Below, piece by piece: positions 39,782 to 53,832 of a DNA stretch of 64,000 nt (positions are counted from its first letter, which is position 1; each line of letters starts with the position of its first letter). Source of the stretch: Chiloscyllium plagiosum. Taxonomy: Eukaryota. Location of the stretch: NCBI RefSeq assembly GCF_004010195.1, contig NC_057718.1:11480406-11544405 (forward strand), read 5' to 3'. A program made the position numbers and the translations under genes. The notes beneath the pieces were generated by a model. It worked only from the letters and a program-made list of their open reading frames with translations. It had not been told where the DNA came from and did not search any database.

Positions 39782-39789
39782 TCAGTTAT
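39782..39789 (-). CDS. THBS2: Terminal coding part of last exon (completes D-N-stop)
   Basis: ttttcacag|AT AAC TGA gives ...ECRDN*, matching the two-residue last coding exon of THBS1/THBS2 (ECRDP/ECRDI). It is followed by repeat-poor, AT-rich UTR-like sequence. Confidence 0.8.
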
Positions 39790-41274
39790 CTGTGAAAACA
39801 AGATGTCGCATTGAAACTCTTTACACTTGGGGGCCTCCCATGACTTTGCAAAATGGTATTTCATAAGGGCTTGGTGCAGGAGTAGGCCATTCAGCCCCTC
39901 CAGCCTATTCCTCCATTCAATATAATCCTGGGCTGATTTCATCTTGGCCTCAACTCCACTTTCCTGTCTGCTCTCCATAACCCTTCAACCCATCATCAAT
40001 TTTAAAAAATCGTTCTTATCTCCTAAACTTAGTCAGTGTCCTGGCATCCCTCACACTCTGGGGTAGTGAACGCCACAGATTTATCGCCCTTTGAGATGAG
40101 ATAATTTCTCCTCATCTCAGTTTTAAATCTACCATCTTTGTCCTCTCATCCTAGATTGACCGATATGAGAAACATCCTCTCTACATCTACTGTCACTCTC
40201 CTTTCGCATCTTAGAGACCTTGATGAGATCTCCTCTCATTCTTCAAAGCTCCAGTGGGAATAGGCCTAAACTGCTCAAACTCTCCTCATAGGTGAAGCCT
40301 TTCATTTCTGGAATTAATCTAAGCCTTCGCTGAACTGCATCCAATGGAATTGCATCCTTCCTCGAATAAGGGGACCAAATCTGTACAGATTACACCAGCT
40401 TCAGCCTTGCTAATACCTTGTGCAGTTGCAACAACCCTTCAGTATTTTTATGTTCCATTCTCTTTGGGGGAAAATGCCAACATTCCATGTGCCCTCCTTG
40501 ATACCCGCTGTACCCTCCCCAGCTAGAAGTCTCAAGGAAGAGAGGAATATTTCCAAGACACACTGTCAGAATGTTTCTTTTTGCACTCGTCAGGACTGAT
40601 GCAAGAATGCCAAATTTCAGAGTATAGCTTGAGAAAATGGTGCAGATTGGTCTTCTATTCTGGTTAGTCATGGCCTCTCCATGGAGAATGCACCAGGGAA
40701 CTACTGTTGGCCCACTTTCAGGTAACACAATAAAGACACAATGCCGAGACAATAGTTCTTGATGAAGAGTCACCTGGACTCGAAACATTAGCTTGCTCTC
40801 TCTCTCCATGAGTGCTGCCTGACCCACTGTGATCTCCAGGTTGGAAGGGCTAAAGGAACTCCTGCTGTTCCTTTGTTAATCATTGTGAAAAGAATCCTTT
40901 CGGAGTCATAATCAGAACAGGACAGCTCAATGACTGAGAGGGATTTAATTATTTTGCAGTGTGACACGTTGTATACTCACATGTACAAGTTATATTTTAT
41001 TAATATATAATAAATAAGCAAAATATGATAAAATGTAACTATAATGTGTAACTGTCTACATTTTCAATGTAAATTCTAGGTCATAAAGACTGCAAATGGC
41101 CCATTCCAACTTTGTCCAGGTTGCTTCAACCAGTGGGTGGGTCTGTAATAATGAGAGGGTCCTGTGAACACCTATTTGGAGGTGGGACCGCGTGAGGAGG
41201 CGACAGGGAATCTCCTGTGGTTATTATATATTCCACCATAAAACACCCAGAGAAAAACACCAACAGTCACTTAC

Positions 41275-41414
41275 CTCGACACTCGTATTTGAGGTCAGAG
41301 AAGTAGAGGGCCTCTTGGGAGAAGACAAACAGCCCTAGTCGTCCGCCAGCTAATGTCTTGTCGTAGATTGGGCCAGAGTCAGCCATGATTTGTTTTCCTT
41401 CATACACCACCACT
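41275..41414 (-). CDS. THBS2: Thrombospondin-2-like coding exon, 140 bp
   Basis: ctgcag|A...CGAG|gtaagt; [46 protein letters not shown]. Confidence 0.95.
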
Positions 41415-42149
41415 CTGCAGAAAACAGAAGCAGAACTGAAGACGCTTCCTAACGCACCAAACCGTACTCGCAGGGAAAACCAAAATGCAGGAGATCGGAA
41501 TCGAAAGAGGAAATGCTGGAGGAAGTCAGCTGGCCTGGCAGCTTCTGTGTCCATCAGCAACAGCAGCAGGACTCTGAGTTCAACACCGGACTCGAAAAAC
41601 TAACTCTGTTTCTCTTTCCCTCTCAACAGACGCTGCCAGACCTGCTGAGTCTCTCCAGCAATCAGTGTTTGCTGCACTTCCAGATGTTGGGTACTTGAAA
41701 TCCACTTCACACAGTGTCTGCAACCACAGAATGAAACCTGAACGCACCCACATCAGAACACATCCCATAAACAACTACTACAGCATTCACATTCAAAGTA
41801 GATGTCCCTCACTAACTTCTCTATCTCAGAGCACATCATAGGTATGGACATTTACTCTATGAAATCTGACGTACAGATCAAAGGCAGTACTTCAAGTGAA
41901 GTGCGGTCACTATTAATTTTGCATTTTGTTTAAGAGAATGGCCTGTCTTGAACACTTCTAAAGTTCACCAACAGCATTTCCTGTAATTCTTTTGTCTGTT
42001 CCAGGAACTCCAGACTCAGGAGTCAATCATTGGGCTGATGGCTGATGGGCATGGAGCGCCCACTGCCCATGGGGTCATGCAGCTACCTGGGGTTTGGTGT
42101 TCACTTTCACTGTCAGAGACAATTCGTCTCTTCTTCACTCTTTAGAGTG

Positions 42150-42385
42150 AGGCGGCACAGTGGCTCAGTGGTTAGCACGGCTGCCTCACAGAGCTGGGGA
42201 CATGGGATCCATTCCACCCTCAGGTTTGGAGTTTGCACATTCTCCACGTGTCTGTGAGAGTTTCCACCCACAATCCAAAGGTGTGCAGGTTAGGTGGGTT
42301 GGCCATAGGCCATGCAGGGTTACATTGGGTGGGCCTGCATGGAGGACTCGATGGGCTGAATGGCCTGCTTCCATGTCGGGATCTG
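42150..42385 (+). mobile_element. HE1-type SINE, internally deleted
   Basis: Head and partial central domain. Confidence 0.7.
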
Positions 42386-42831
42386 AGATGGGCCTGCAGA
42401 CTTACTTTGCTGTCAGATATTCCAGAATTTACAGTTTGAGACTGAGGATTAGACCGGGTTATCTGCGGGTGACACGAGGCCCCTAAGTGACTACTTTCAA
42501 CTTCCAAAGCATCATTTGAAAACTCACCCTCAATGTATTTGAATAACATCCCCTTTGTCACCATCAATGACTAGGTTAAAGGAAATGGCATTTAAGTCCA
42601 ATAAAAGTTTACCTTTTCCTTCGTTGAGGAGATATGGGTATCGCTGTCTGCGCCATCGCTTATTTCCCATCCCTCACTGCCCATGCGAAGGTGACTGTGA
42701 GCAATGGTGCTCCTAAATCTAACTGAGTGGTCAACTGGGCTGTCTCAATGTACCAATGCTTTAAAGGTTAATTTCTAAATGTCGGACGTTTGTAATTTTG
42801 CTGCAAGTCATCAAGAAATGATCAACGAGCA

Positions 42832-43260
42832 GGGGCTGAACAGGCTGGGGCTGTTTTCCCTGGAGCGTCGGAGGCTGAGGGGTGACCTTATAGAGGTTTA
42901 CAAAATTATGAGGGGCATGGATAGGATAAATAGGCAAAGTCTTTTCCCTGGGGTCGGGGAGTCCAGAACTAGAGGGGATAGGTTTAGGGTGAGAGGGGAA
43001 AGATATAAAAGAGACCTAAGGGGCAACGTTTCACACAGAGGGTGGTATGTGTATGGAATGAGCTGCCAGAGGAAGTGGTGTAGGCTGGTACAATTGCAAC
43101 ATTTAAGAGGCATTTGGATGGGGATAGGAATAGGAAGGGTTTGGAGGGATATGGGCCAGGTGCTGGCAGGTGGGACTAGATTGGGTTGGGATAGTTGATC
43201 GGCATGGACGGGTTGGACCGAAGGGTTTGTTTCCATGCTGTACATCTCTATGACTCTATG
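42832..43260 (+). mobile_element. CR1 LINE 3' fragment (same family; shorter pieces at ~12745-12930, 14400-14480, 14672-14855, 18899-19020, 47280-47580)
   Basis: LNRLGLFSLERRRLRGDLIEVYKIM and ctatgact tail. Confidence 0.9.
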
Positions 43261-44913
43261 AACGCCTCTGTCTCAGCAAACCATGTTCCGTAGTGACAGA
43301 TTCAGTATGTGAAGCCAACTGGGATTTAGAGAACACTTAAAATAATAAACTGTCCCCAGGCAGCTTCAGAGGAGTATTGGAAAGGAGCATTTGACACCAA
43401 GCCACATCGTGAGACATTAGGGCAGTTCGCCATCAGTTTGGCGCGAGAAGCAGATCTTGAGGACAGTCGTAAAGGGAGACAGAAGAATTTCAATCAGATT
43501 TTCACTTTGTGCTTCACGTGATTCCTTCTTTATTGAATGGCTTCAGATTTCAAAACGCTTTCAAATCAGTTAGTAATAACTCAACACGCTTATTTTGTGG
43601 CCACTGACTGAAATCTTCACCGTTCACCCTGTAAATGTTGGCGCTGAAAGGGAGCTGTGGTGTGAGGGGATTTATTGCATTCCTCAGAGATTCCTCCGTC
43701 TTTAGTTTCAATCGAGGTGTCAACTGAGTGAAATTCAATCAGTGAACACCTCCAGGAAAATAGCAACTGAAAACCTTTGTACGACTGTCGGGGGGGGGGG
43801 GGGGGGGGGCGGGTTGAGTAAAGAAGAAAGGCATATTTGTGCGTGAAACACAGAATGCTATCACACAGGTACAGCATTTAATCAGGAAGGCTAATGGAAT
43901 GTCAGCCCTTATTTCAAGCGAGTTGGAGTACGAGAAGTGGGAAGTCTTACTGCAACTGCACAAGGGGCTGGCGAGATCACACCTGGGGTACTGTGAGCAG
44001 TTTTGGCCCCCTTACTGAAAGAAAGATATTATTTAATTGGAGGCAGTTTGGAGAAGGCTCATTCTGAGGATCCCTGATACGATGGGATTGTCTTATGAGC
44101 AGAGTCTGAACCTGTTTAGTCTCTGCTCATAAGACAATCCCTGGAGTTCAGCAGAATGAGAGATGATCCCACTAAATGATATCAGATTCTTTAAGGGGCC
44201 TGACAGGGTCAATGCTGAGACGGATGTTTCTCTTCATTGTAGTGTCTAGATTAGACAGTGTAATCACAGAATAAAGGGGAACCAGTTTAAGACGGAGATG
44301 AGGAGGGACTTCTTGTCTCAGAGGGTTGAGAGTCTTTGGAATCCCTTGCCCCAGAGAGCTGAGGGGGCTGGGTCCTTGTGTATATTTAAGGCTGAGACAG
44401 AGAGATTGCTGATCAGTCGGGGAATCGAGGGTTATGGGGAAAAGGGTGAGAAAGCGGACCCGAGCAATGTTGAATCAGCCATGATCCTATTGAATGAAGG
44501 ATGTTCAGTTGGAAAAATATGTACCCACAGAGGTATACCCTGGGACCCCCATTAAAGGGGGTCACTCTATCCCCAACCAAGGGGATAGGCATGATTCTGA
44601 AGCTTAGAACAAACAGAGTTGTAGTGAAACAAGACATCCTTGTACATGGAGTCACAGGTAGGTCAGATTGGGTAAGGGCTGCAGATTTCCTTCCCTCAAG
44701 GACATTGGTGAATCCAATTGATTGTAGTTGTATGGTCGCTTTTGGATTTTTTCTGAGAAATGGAGTTCAAATGTCAGCATTTGGGATTTGAAGCAATGTC
44801 CCTGAAACATTCCCTGGATATCTTCTATCTTGCAGACAGCCAGATAGACACAATGGCTGCAATGCCACATTCTCTGTTGTAAGCATTTTATGAGTCTGTC
44901 ATAGAATCATTTT

Positions 44914-45220
44914 GGGTGGCACGGTGGCTCAGTGGTTAGCACTGCTGCCTCACAGTGCCAGGGACTCAGGTTCGATCCCCGCCTCAGGCGACTGACTGTG
45001 TGGAGTTTGCACCTCCTCCCCGTGTCTGCGTGGGTTTCCTCCAGGTGCTCTGGTTTCCTCCCACAGTCCAAAAATGTGCAGGTCAGGTGAATTGGCCATG
45101 TTAGGTGCGTTAGTCAGGGGTGAATGCAGGGGAATAGGTCTGGGTGGGTTACTCTTCGGAGCATCAGTGTGGACCTGTTCAGCTGAATGGTCTGTTTCCA
45201 TACTGAAGGTCATCTAATCT
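44914..45220 (+). mobile_element. HE1-type (V-SINE) tRNA-derived SINE
   Basis: Box A TGGCTCAGTGG, box B GGTTCGATCCC, central TGTGTGGAGTTTGCA...GGTTTCCTCCCACAGTCCAAA domain, CR1-like tail. Confidence 0.85.
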
Positions 45221-45419
45221 GTATCTCATATACCTTCTAACGACTCTGTCAAATTTTATCTTGACCTCCAAGGACAACAGACCCATCTTCTGCAGTCTCA
45301 CCATGTATTAGAAGATCTTTGTCTCTAGGAGCACTTTAGCACATTGTATAAATACTGTGGCTCCAAGAGGGGGTCAGAGTCTAGGTGTTGCGTAGTAACT
45401 AACTCAGGCCCTGACTCCC

Positions 45420-45880
45420 CAAAGCCTACAAGGCACAGGTTAGGAGTGTGATGGAATACTCCCTACTTGCCCTGGAATGGATGCAGCTCCAACAACACTC
45501 AAGAAGCTTGACACCATCCAAAGCAAGGCAGTCCACTTGATCAGCACCACATCCACCACCTTCAACACTCGCTCCCTTTACCACTGGCTACAGTAGCAGC
45601 AGTATGTACCGTTTTCACAATTTACGACAGAAACAGTCTTAGGCTCCTCCAATAAAACCTTCCAAATCTGCAAGCTCTACCTCCACCACCTTATAGGATG
45701 AGGGAAGCAGCTACATGGGAACACCTGCAAGTGCCCCTCCATCCTGACATGGAAATATATCACCGTTCCTTCACTACCACTGGGTCAAAATCGCAGAGCT
45801 CTCTCCCTAATAGCTTGGTGTCCCTACACCCAACAGATTGCAACACTAAGACAGCAGCTCATCACCACTTTCTCCAGAGC
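45420..45880 (+). mobile_element. Decayed CR1/L2-group LINE 3' fragment (related minus-strand piece ~8795-9000)
   Basis: YKAQVRSVMEYS...AAPTTLKKLDTIQ-like translation. Confidence 0.6.
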
Positions 45881-45884
45881 AATT

Positions 45885-46746
45885 ATAGAGTCACAGAGAT
45901 GTACAGCACGGAAACAGACCCTTCGGTCCAACCTGTCCATGCTGATCAGATATCCCAACCCAATCTAGTCCCACCTGCCAGCACCCCGCCCATATCCCTC
46001 CAAACCCNNNNNNNNNNNNNNNNNNNNNNNNNNNNNNNNNATACACGTACCACCCTCTGCGTGAAAACGTTGCCCCTTAAGTCTCTTTTATATCTTTCCC
46101 CTCTCACCCTAAACCTACACCCTCTATTCTGGACTCCCCAACCCCAGGAAAAAGACTTTGTCTATTTATCCTATCCATGCTCCTCATAATTTTGTAAACC
46201 TCTATAAGGTCACCCCTCAGCCTCTGAAGCTCCAGGGAAAACAGCCCCNNNNNNNNNNNNNNNNNNNNNNNNNNNNNNNNNNNNNNNNNNNNNNNNNNNN
46301 NNNNNNNNNNNNNNNNNNNNNNNNNNNNNNNNNNNNNNNNNNNNNNNNNNNNNNNNNNNNNNNNNNNNNNNNNNNNNNNNNNNNNNNNNNNNNNNNNNNN
46401 NNNNNNNNNNNNNNNNNNNNNNNNNNNNNNNNNNNNNNNNNNNNNNNNNNNNNNNNNNNNNNNNNNNNNNNNNNNNNNNNNNNNNNNNNNNNNNNNNNNN
46501 NNNNNNNNTCATCTGCAAACTTACTAACTGTACCTCTTATGCTCGCATCCAAATTATTTATGTAAATGACAAAAAGTAGAGGGCCCAGCATCGATCCTTG
46601 TGGCACTCCACTGGTCACAGGCCTCCAGTCTGAAAAACAACCCTCCACCACCACCCTTTGGCTTCTACCTTTGAGCCAGTTCTGTATCCAAATGGCTAGT
46701 TCTCCCTGTATTCCATGAGATCTAACCTTGCTGATTAGTCTCCCAT
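45885..46746 (-). mobile_element. CR1 LINE fragment with RT motifs (contains two N gaps)
   Basis: [23 protein letters not shown]...SKFAD; same 3' tail. Confidence 0.9.
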
Positions 46747-47975
46747 TAAGGCCATGAATTAATAATTTACATATTGATAAAACCTCTGCATCCTCTGTGT
46801 TGCTGCCTGGCACAACTGATCAAACCAAAATGATAGGACAGACCAGGCAAAACCTCTCCCATCCCAGGGCAATGGAATTTCCACCTCGAGACAGCCTCTG
46901 TGCTATTTATCCAGGAGGAGGTTTTCTAGGTGAATGTAGGATTTGCCATGCATTAGAGAAATTTAGGAATATAGGCCATTCAGCCCCTCACGCCTGTCCT
47001 ACCATTCAATGAGATCATGGCTGATCTGTGGCCTAACTCCATAGACCTGCCTTTGACCCGTCTCCCTTCATATCTTTTCTTTTACAAAAAATTATCCTTC
47101 TCACTGCTGTTTGTGGAAGAGAGTTCCAAACCTCTCCCACCCTGTGTGTGTGTAAGTGCTTCCTAACATCTCTCCTGAATGGTCTGGCCCTAAATCTCAG
47201 ACTATGTCTCTAGTTCTAGAATTCCCAACCAGTGGAAATAGTTTATCTTTATCTGCCCTGTCTTCTCCTGTTTACACAGAATCATACAGTCAGACTTAGA
47301 CAGCACGGAAATAGACCCTTCGGTCCAACCCGTCCATGCCGACTAGATATCTCAACCTAAACTAGTCCCACTTGCCAGCACTTGGCCCATATCCCTCTAC
47401 ACCCTTCCTATTCATATGCCCATCCAGATGCCTTTTAAATATTCTAATTGTACCAGCCTCCACCACTTCCTCTGGCAGCTCATTCCATACACGTTCCACC
47501 CTCTGCGTGAAAAAGTTACCCCTCAATTCCATTCCCCTCTCACGTTAAATCTATGCTCCACAATTTTGGAGTCCCCTATACCTTGAAGAATTCAAACAGA
47601 TCACCCCTTAACCTTCTAAATTCTAGGCAAAACAGACCTAACTTTTACAATCACTCCTTATAACTAAATCCCTGAAGTCCAGGTATCATTCACGTAAACG
47701 TGCACTGTGCTCCCTCCCAGGCCAGTACATCGTTCCTAAGGTGTGGTGTTCAGATCTGCTCACTGTACACTATGTGGGGTCTAACCAGGGTTTTGTATAA
47801 CTCCAGCGCAAGCTTTGTATCCTTACTCTCCAATCCTCTCGATATAAAGGGCAGCATTCCATGAGCTGACTTGATTATTTTCTGTGCCTGTCTGTGTGCC
47901 ATGTTACAGATCTACGCAGCTGAACCCCAGTCTGTTTGGACACCTGTAGCTGAGTGGGGACATTGAGTGACGTAC

Positions 47976-48073
47976 CTGATGAAGCCTGTTTTGGGTCGGT
48001 GAATCAAATGCCACCTGTAGGCAGTATAATCCTTCCAGCCGATGTTCTTGGGATCATGCCATAATGTTCGAAC
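47976..48073 (-). CDS. THBS2: Thrombospondin-2-like coding exon, 98 bp
   Basis: Not in the ORF track. tttcag|GTT...AG|gtacg; [32 protein letters not shown](R). Confidence 0.95.
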
Positions 48074-51000
48074 CTGAAACACAAAGAGATTCGCATGCTA
48101 AAGGCAGAACTCCATAGATTTCTGGATGCCAGTTACATCAGGGAACAAATAACATGAGTGCCGAGAATCAGCCATGATCCTGTTTGAATAGTTACACAAG
48201 CTCGATGGGATGAATGGCCTGCTCTTGCTCTGATTTCCTTTCTTCCTTTGATTCACAAAGTTTTTTCTGTTGGTTCAAGCTTCCCAAAAGACTGAGGATC
48301 TTGTCAAAGGATCTCCACTTTGGTCCATCCTTACACACTCCCATAATTCAGTGCAGCCAGTGCATTCGATCCTCATCCACTGCTTTCCTGTCTGGGGATT
48401 TCAGAACCGAGGCTCACAGTCTAAAGGAATGGGGTCAGCCATTTGAGACTGAAACGAAGAGAAACTGCTGCACCCAGCGAGCGGTGAGCCTGTGGAGAGG
48501 CGACTGAGGCCAAAACACTGAATGTTTTCAAGAAGGAGTTAGGTATAGCTCTTGGAGCTTAAGGGATTGAAGTAATTGCACAAAGGCCAGAATCCTGTCA
48601 CCAAGTCACCCTTTTTCACTTGTGCAGTTACTGGTTGTGGCCAGCTAGCTCAGAGCCAGCTCCCTGCTCTCAGGAGATGTTATATTCTTTTGTCCCCCTC
48701 CTCTTCAAGCCTATTGATAGTTTAAAATTACATTTCTATAGTTCTAAGACTTCAGTTGCTTTTACCTTCTGTCTTAAAAAAACTGATTTCAAGCAAATGA
48801 CTCTTTACAGTAGTCTAATTGTATTATACCAAACTAACATCTTGATTTTCATGAAAACATATTCAACTGCTGTGCAGTTCCAATCCTGTATGCTATGTGT
48901 TTGTTGTGTTATTTCATAATGGGTATTATAGCTCTAAACTGCATTCCAAAATTTACTCAAACTTCTGCTTGAACATCTGTATCTCCGACACCAACTCTGG
49001 TTTCAGTTACAGTTAAGTTGGTTACTCCTATGATGTTACTTCCCGTGATGCTTCTCTCCCATGATGCTTATCTCCTGGCTACATTGGGTCATCCAGAGCT
49101 TTCCTGATTGGCCCAGGTTAACAACCCCAATCAAGGATCTCATAATCAACAAGATCCAGCTGGTTCCAATCACCATAGATCAAAGGTTATGGAGAGAAAG
49201 TGGGCTGAATTGGACAGTCTGCCATGGTCATATTGGCTTGAAGGACTGAATGGCCTCCACTTGTTCCTGGTTTCTTTGGTTCCCTTTCCCCCACTATTTG
49301 TTGATATTTCAGTAAATGATTCTATTGTCTGCTCCAATGGTGTGCCCTAACTGTCTTCGATGTTATGCACTAATTTGCCCTTTTCTCCCCTATGGGCTGC
49401 GGTGGATATATGGAACGCCCTCCTGTACTTCCCACATTTTGAATAAGCCTTTAGCTTATCGATGGTTCCATGGAAAGAATGCAGATAACACAGTCTATCA
49501 CCTCAGCGTTCTTTTCCAAAGATTCAAGTTGGGTTTCTTCGATGTTAACCATTTATTAGCCAGTCTGCAGATCATGGCTCTAATGCACCTTTATTCTAGT
49601 TGCCTGCCTTGGCTCTGTATCCCTTTAAAAACATCCCAACAAAGACAGATTGCAGCCAATCCTCCCCTACCCACAGATGACACTGAATCACTGTCATAAG
49701 CTTTCTAGGGAAGCTGGTAGGAACTCTTGCCGATATGGGGTGAGGGAGGGGGGACATGACTCCAATGGAATCTAATTCAGCTCAGAGTTTGTGCTGAAGC
49801 GAAGGTTCTGGGAGCCCAATGATTATATGAACCCAGATGTCATGGCTTCAAATCTCACCTCGATGCCAATGTCTAGCGCTAAATTTAGTACATGTCGCAA
49901 TTTGTGGGTTGGCACCAGATGAATGACCGAGACATCTGCTGCCTTGTCATAAAAGTCCAATTTGTTGATGGATTTGGCCCCTTCTTAGCCAGTCTGGCCT
50001 CAGTCCCACACCATCTGGTCGTCTCCCATGGCAACTCAAAATGAACAGAAGAACTGGGAGCTAGGATAGGCCATTCTGGGAGCTAGGGTAGGCCATTCTG
50101 ACCCTTCAGCGTCCTTAGACTTCGGCTGATCTGATGGTGGCCTCAACTTTCACCTCCCTGCCTGCCCCCATAAACCTTGACAGCCTCGGCTGATCAGAAA
50201 TCTAACTCAGCCTTGAATAGATTTAGTGACTATCCTCCACCGTGCTCTGCCAAACAAAATTCCAAAGGTATACGACCCGCTGAGAGAACAAGTTCCTCCT
50301 CATCTGTTAAGTGGAAGACCTCTAATATGTAATTTTAGTCCCTTTCACATCTCTTTAGCGCAAACCCTGTCAAAAAATCCCCTCACGATCTTATATACGT
50401 CAATAAAGTGACCCCTCATGGTCTTTACTCCTGTGGCTACAGACCTGACCAGTTCAACCTCTCCTCATAAGACAACCCTTTCATCCCAAGAATCAGTTCT
50501 GTGAGCCTTCTTTGAACCGTGACACCTTTAATTAAGACCAAAATTCTCCAAGGTAATCCAGGTGTCCTATATTACTACAGTAACATTTCCACAACTTTTA
50601 TATTCTATTCCCCTTGCAATAAATGCCACATCCCATCTGCCTTCCTAAGCAGTAGCTGTTCCTGCAAACTAACGTTGTGTGATTCATGTACCAGGTAATG
50701 GTGGTAATGTCACTGGAATAGCTAAAGACACAGACTAATATTCTGGGGACATGAGTTCAAATCCCATCACAATGTAGGAATTTAATAAAAATTTGGAATT
50801 AAGAGTTAATCTAATAGCAATTGTTATAAAATCCCACCTGGTTCACTAGTGCCCTTAAGAGAAGGAAATCTGCCATCCTTATCCAGTCTGACTGATATAT
50901 GACCCTTCACTGCCCAATGGGCAATAAATGCTGACCTAGCCAGTGATGGCCATGTCCAATTCTCAAATGAAACCAAAAGGTTACAGATCCCATTGTACGG

Positions 51001-53424
51001 CACAGACTGCCTTGCTGGTTTCTGACACAGTCTTGAAATAAATTGTAACAGTGGACCTCTATCCTTGCAGTCAGACTGGCTTTGCATTATAATACAGGTT
51101 AAGTCTATTCAGTGACTGGCCATGTGTTTATTCAAATAGTTACACCAACTAGCTCTGTACACCAGTAAACCCCTCCCTGCCATTGGATGAACTTTCTATC
51201 ATTAACTTTCTCCATTGAAACCCTGACAGTGAAAGGCTGTTTTCCTTTATGATAAGTTTATTTTTTAAATAGAGTCACCTTTTGAGTGTATCTACAAGTG
51301 CTGAAATAACAAATAGAATAGAATTAGATTTAGATTATCCTCTATTGTCACATTTACTCAAGTACGGAAATACAGGAGTACAGTGAAAGGTTTACAATGT
51401 CACCCACGTGGCACTACCTTAGGTACAAAGTACCTAGCTACAAATCTTAGACACAAAATACAGATATAAAGGGAAAAAGAAAGGGAAAAAAAATTACATT
51501 ACTCAGTTGTACTTATATCTATGGAGCACCTTTAACATAGAAACTTCCTAAGGAGTGAGGCAGAATGAGTGAGCGACAGAGGGAGTGAGAGAGCAATAGA
51601 AAGAGAGAGTGAGAGAGCAATAGAAAGAGCAAACAAGAGGTAGAGAGAGTGAATAGAGACAGCGTGAGTGTGAGAGAGAGCACGTGAGAGATAGATAAGC
51701 ATGCACGCACCAAATCAAAGCCACATGAGCAATAGCATGAGTGATACAGAGAGTGTGAGAAAAAGAGAGGGATGTTAGGGAAGGGATTCCAGAGCTTGGA
51801 CCTTTGGCAGACAAAGCTAACCGAGATGATTAAAATCAGGGGAGCTAAGCTGGGCAGATCTAGGCTGCAGTGAGCTCAAAGGTTTGTACAACTGGAAGAG
51901 GTGACAGAGTTAGGGAGAGGGGAGGCCAGAGGCAAAGTCAAAAGCAAGGTTAAGAATGCGAAGTTTGAGGCACTACCAGACCATGGAGGAACCAAGTTAA
52001 GCCAGCACCAATCAGGGGTCCGGGGGAGTGATGAGGGATTGGGGCAGGTTTCACACTCAGACAGGCTGGACCCACTCCACTCACTGCCCCCAAAACCCCT
52101 CCAGCCTTGGATTGGGTGAAGACATAATCTGCTGGTGATGGTGGCACACAGGCTGGGAGACACTCACCAGGCAATATCAGCTAAAGCCCTCAGTAATCAG
52201 GGTTAATGTAAGAGGCTTCAAGGTGCATCTATCGTCTGGGCAGTATCTCTTCAATCAAATAAAGAGCACCAGTCCATGGAAATTAGCCTGAGGAAAGCTA
52301 CATCTGCTCCTGAAATGTACATGAACCGAGAGGAACCACTGACCCTTGGTCTCTCTCATGTCGAGAAAGCCAGACTTTGGTTGCTGCTTTTAGCCATTGA
52401 GCTCAGACCCACCTCTCCTCCAAGTCTCTATAACTGACCCGCCCTTTGATGGCGTTGCCCCCCCCCCATTCAGATGCTCAGGAGACCATGTCCTTCCTTC
52501 TGCTTTCAGCTGGTGACATGGAAGGGCCTGAGGCAGCACAGATACAAGTGACAGGATGCGGAGAGTCACAGTGAAAGGTGGTTTCTCAGACTGACTACAC
52601 AATGGAGTTCAAAGGAGAGGATACTGGGACCACTGCCTGTCTTAAACAAAAACTGACCAATCCAGACTTGGGTGGACGGGGTACAATGTCAAACCTTGTA
52701 AATGATTCAGAACTTGGGCAGAGTGTGAAGTTTGTGGACGGCAGTGACAAACTCTTGAGAACATGTGGATGGGGTGGTGGATACATAGCTGGTATCATTC
52801 AACGCAGAGATGTGTAAGATGATTCAGTTTGGTAGGTATCATGCAGAAAGACAAGGTTTCAGAAACAAAAGGACTCTGAGGTATCTGTGAACAAAGCAAT
52901 GAGGTGATAGTGCAGGTGTGGTGGTAATTAAAAAGACAGACAGCATTGGGGCATGTAAAAAAGTTTACAGAAAGAACTTGAGGCAAGGGGTTTCAGTTCT
53001 GTGGATAGGGGTTGTTCTTGGAGAACATCGAGAGAACTTCTGAATCATGAAGGATCAGCACAAAGCAGAGAGAAACTACTCCCCCTGGAGGAAGGATTAA
53101 GAACCAGAGGATACTGAAGGTGATAGGAAAAAGGAGCAACAGTGGTCGGAGGACGAACCTGATCACAGAGTGAGTGGTTCGGGTGTGGGAAACCACTCTT
53201 ACAGCGATCGAGAGAGAAACATGTCTTTGATAAAGGGAACGGGACCAGAAACCAAAATATTAAAATGGCAGGGAGGCGGGAACAGGAAGGGGAAATGGAC
53301 TATCTCCTGTGGACAGCCAGCACAGACATGATGGGCAAATGACCTCCTTCTGACTTAAACAACAAATGAGTCAAGGTTCCTAGTCCATGATTGTACAAAT
53401 GTGCACTGGACTTCACCCCCAAGT

Positions 53425-53832
53425 GTGTGCACAAACACACACACACCAACACAGATACATGCTGACAGACAGACACAAACACAGATACACATGCACACAC
53501 ACATACCGACACACACACAGGCATAAACAGACACACAGATGCATACTGACAGACAGACAGACACAGACACATATCAACAGACTGACACACACATACTGAC
53601 AGACACAAACACAGATACACATACACACACACACTTAGACACGCACACATCACATACTGACAGACACACACCGATAGAAACACACACACACCAACACAAA
53701 CAGACACACAAATACTGACAGAAACACACACACACACACACACACAAACACAGACACACAGATGCACAAACACACACTGACAGACACTCATACCGGCAGA
53801 CACACAGACAGACACACAGACACACACACACG
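53425..53832. repeat. Degenerate (CA)n/(CAGA)n microsatellite
   Basis: Composition. Confidence 0.9.

Noticed and set aside
44914..44990. tRNA gene (A and B boxes)
   Set aside because: It is the head of an HE1-type SINE and continues into the SINE body and tail; the same applies to the other copies.
46008..46508. Apparent deletions or ORF continuity across N runs
   Set aside because: These are assembly gaps (46008-46040, 46249-46508) and are uninformative.
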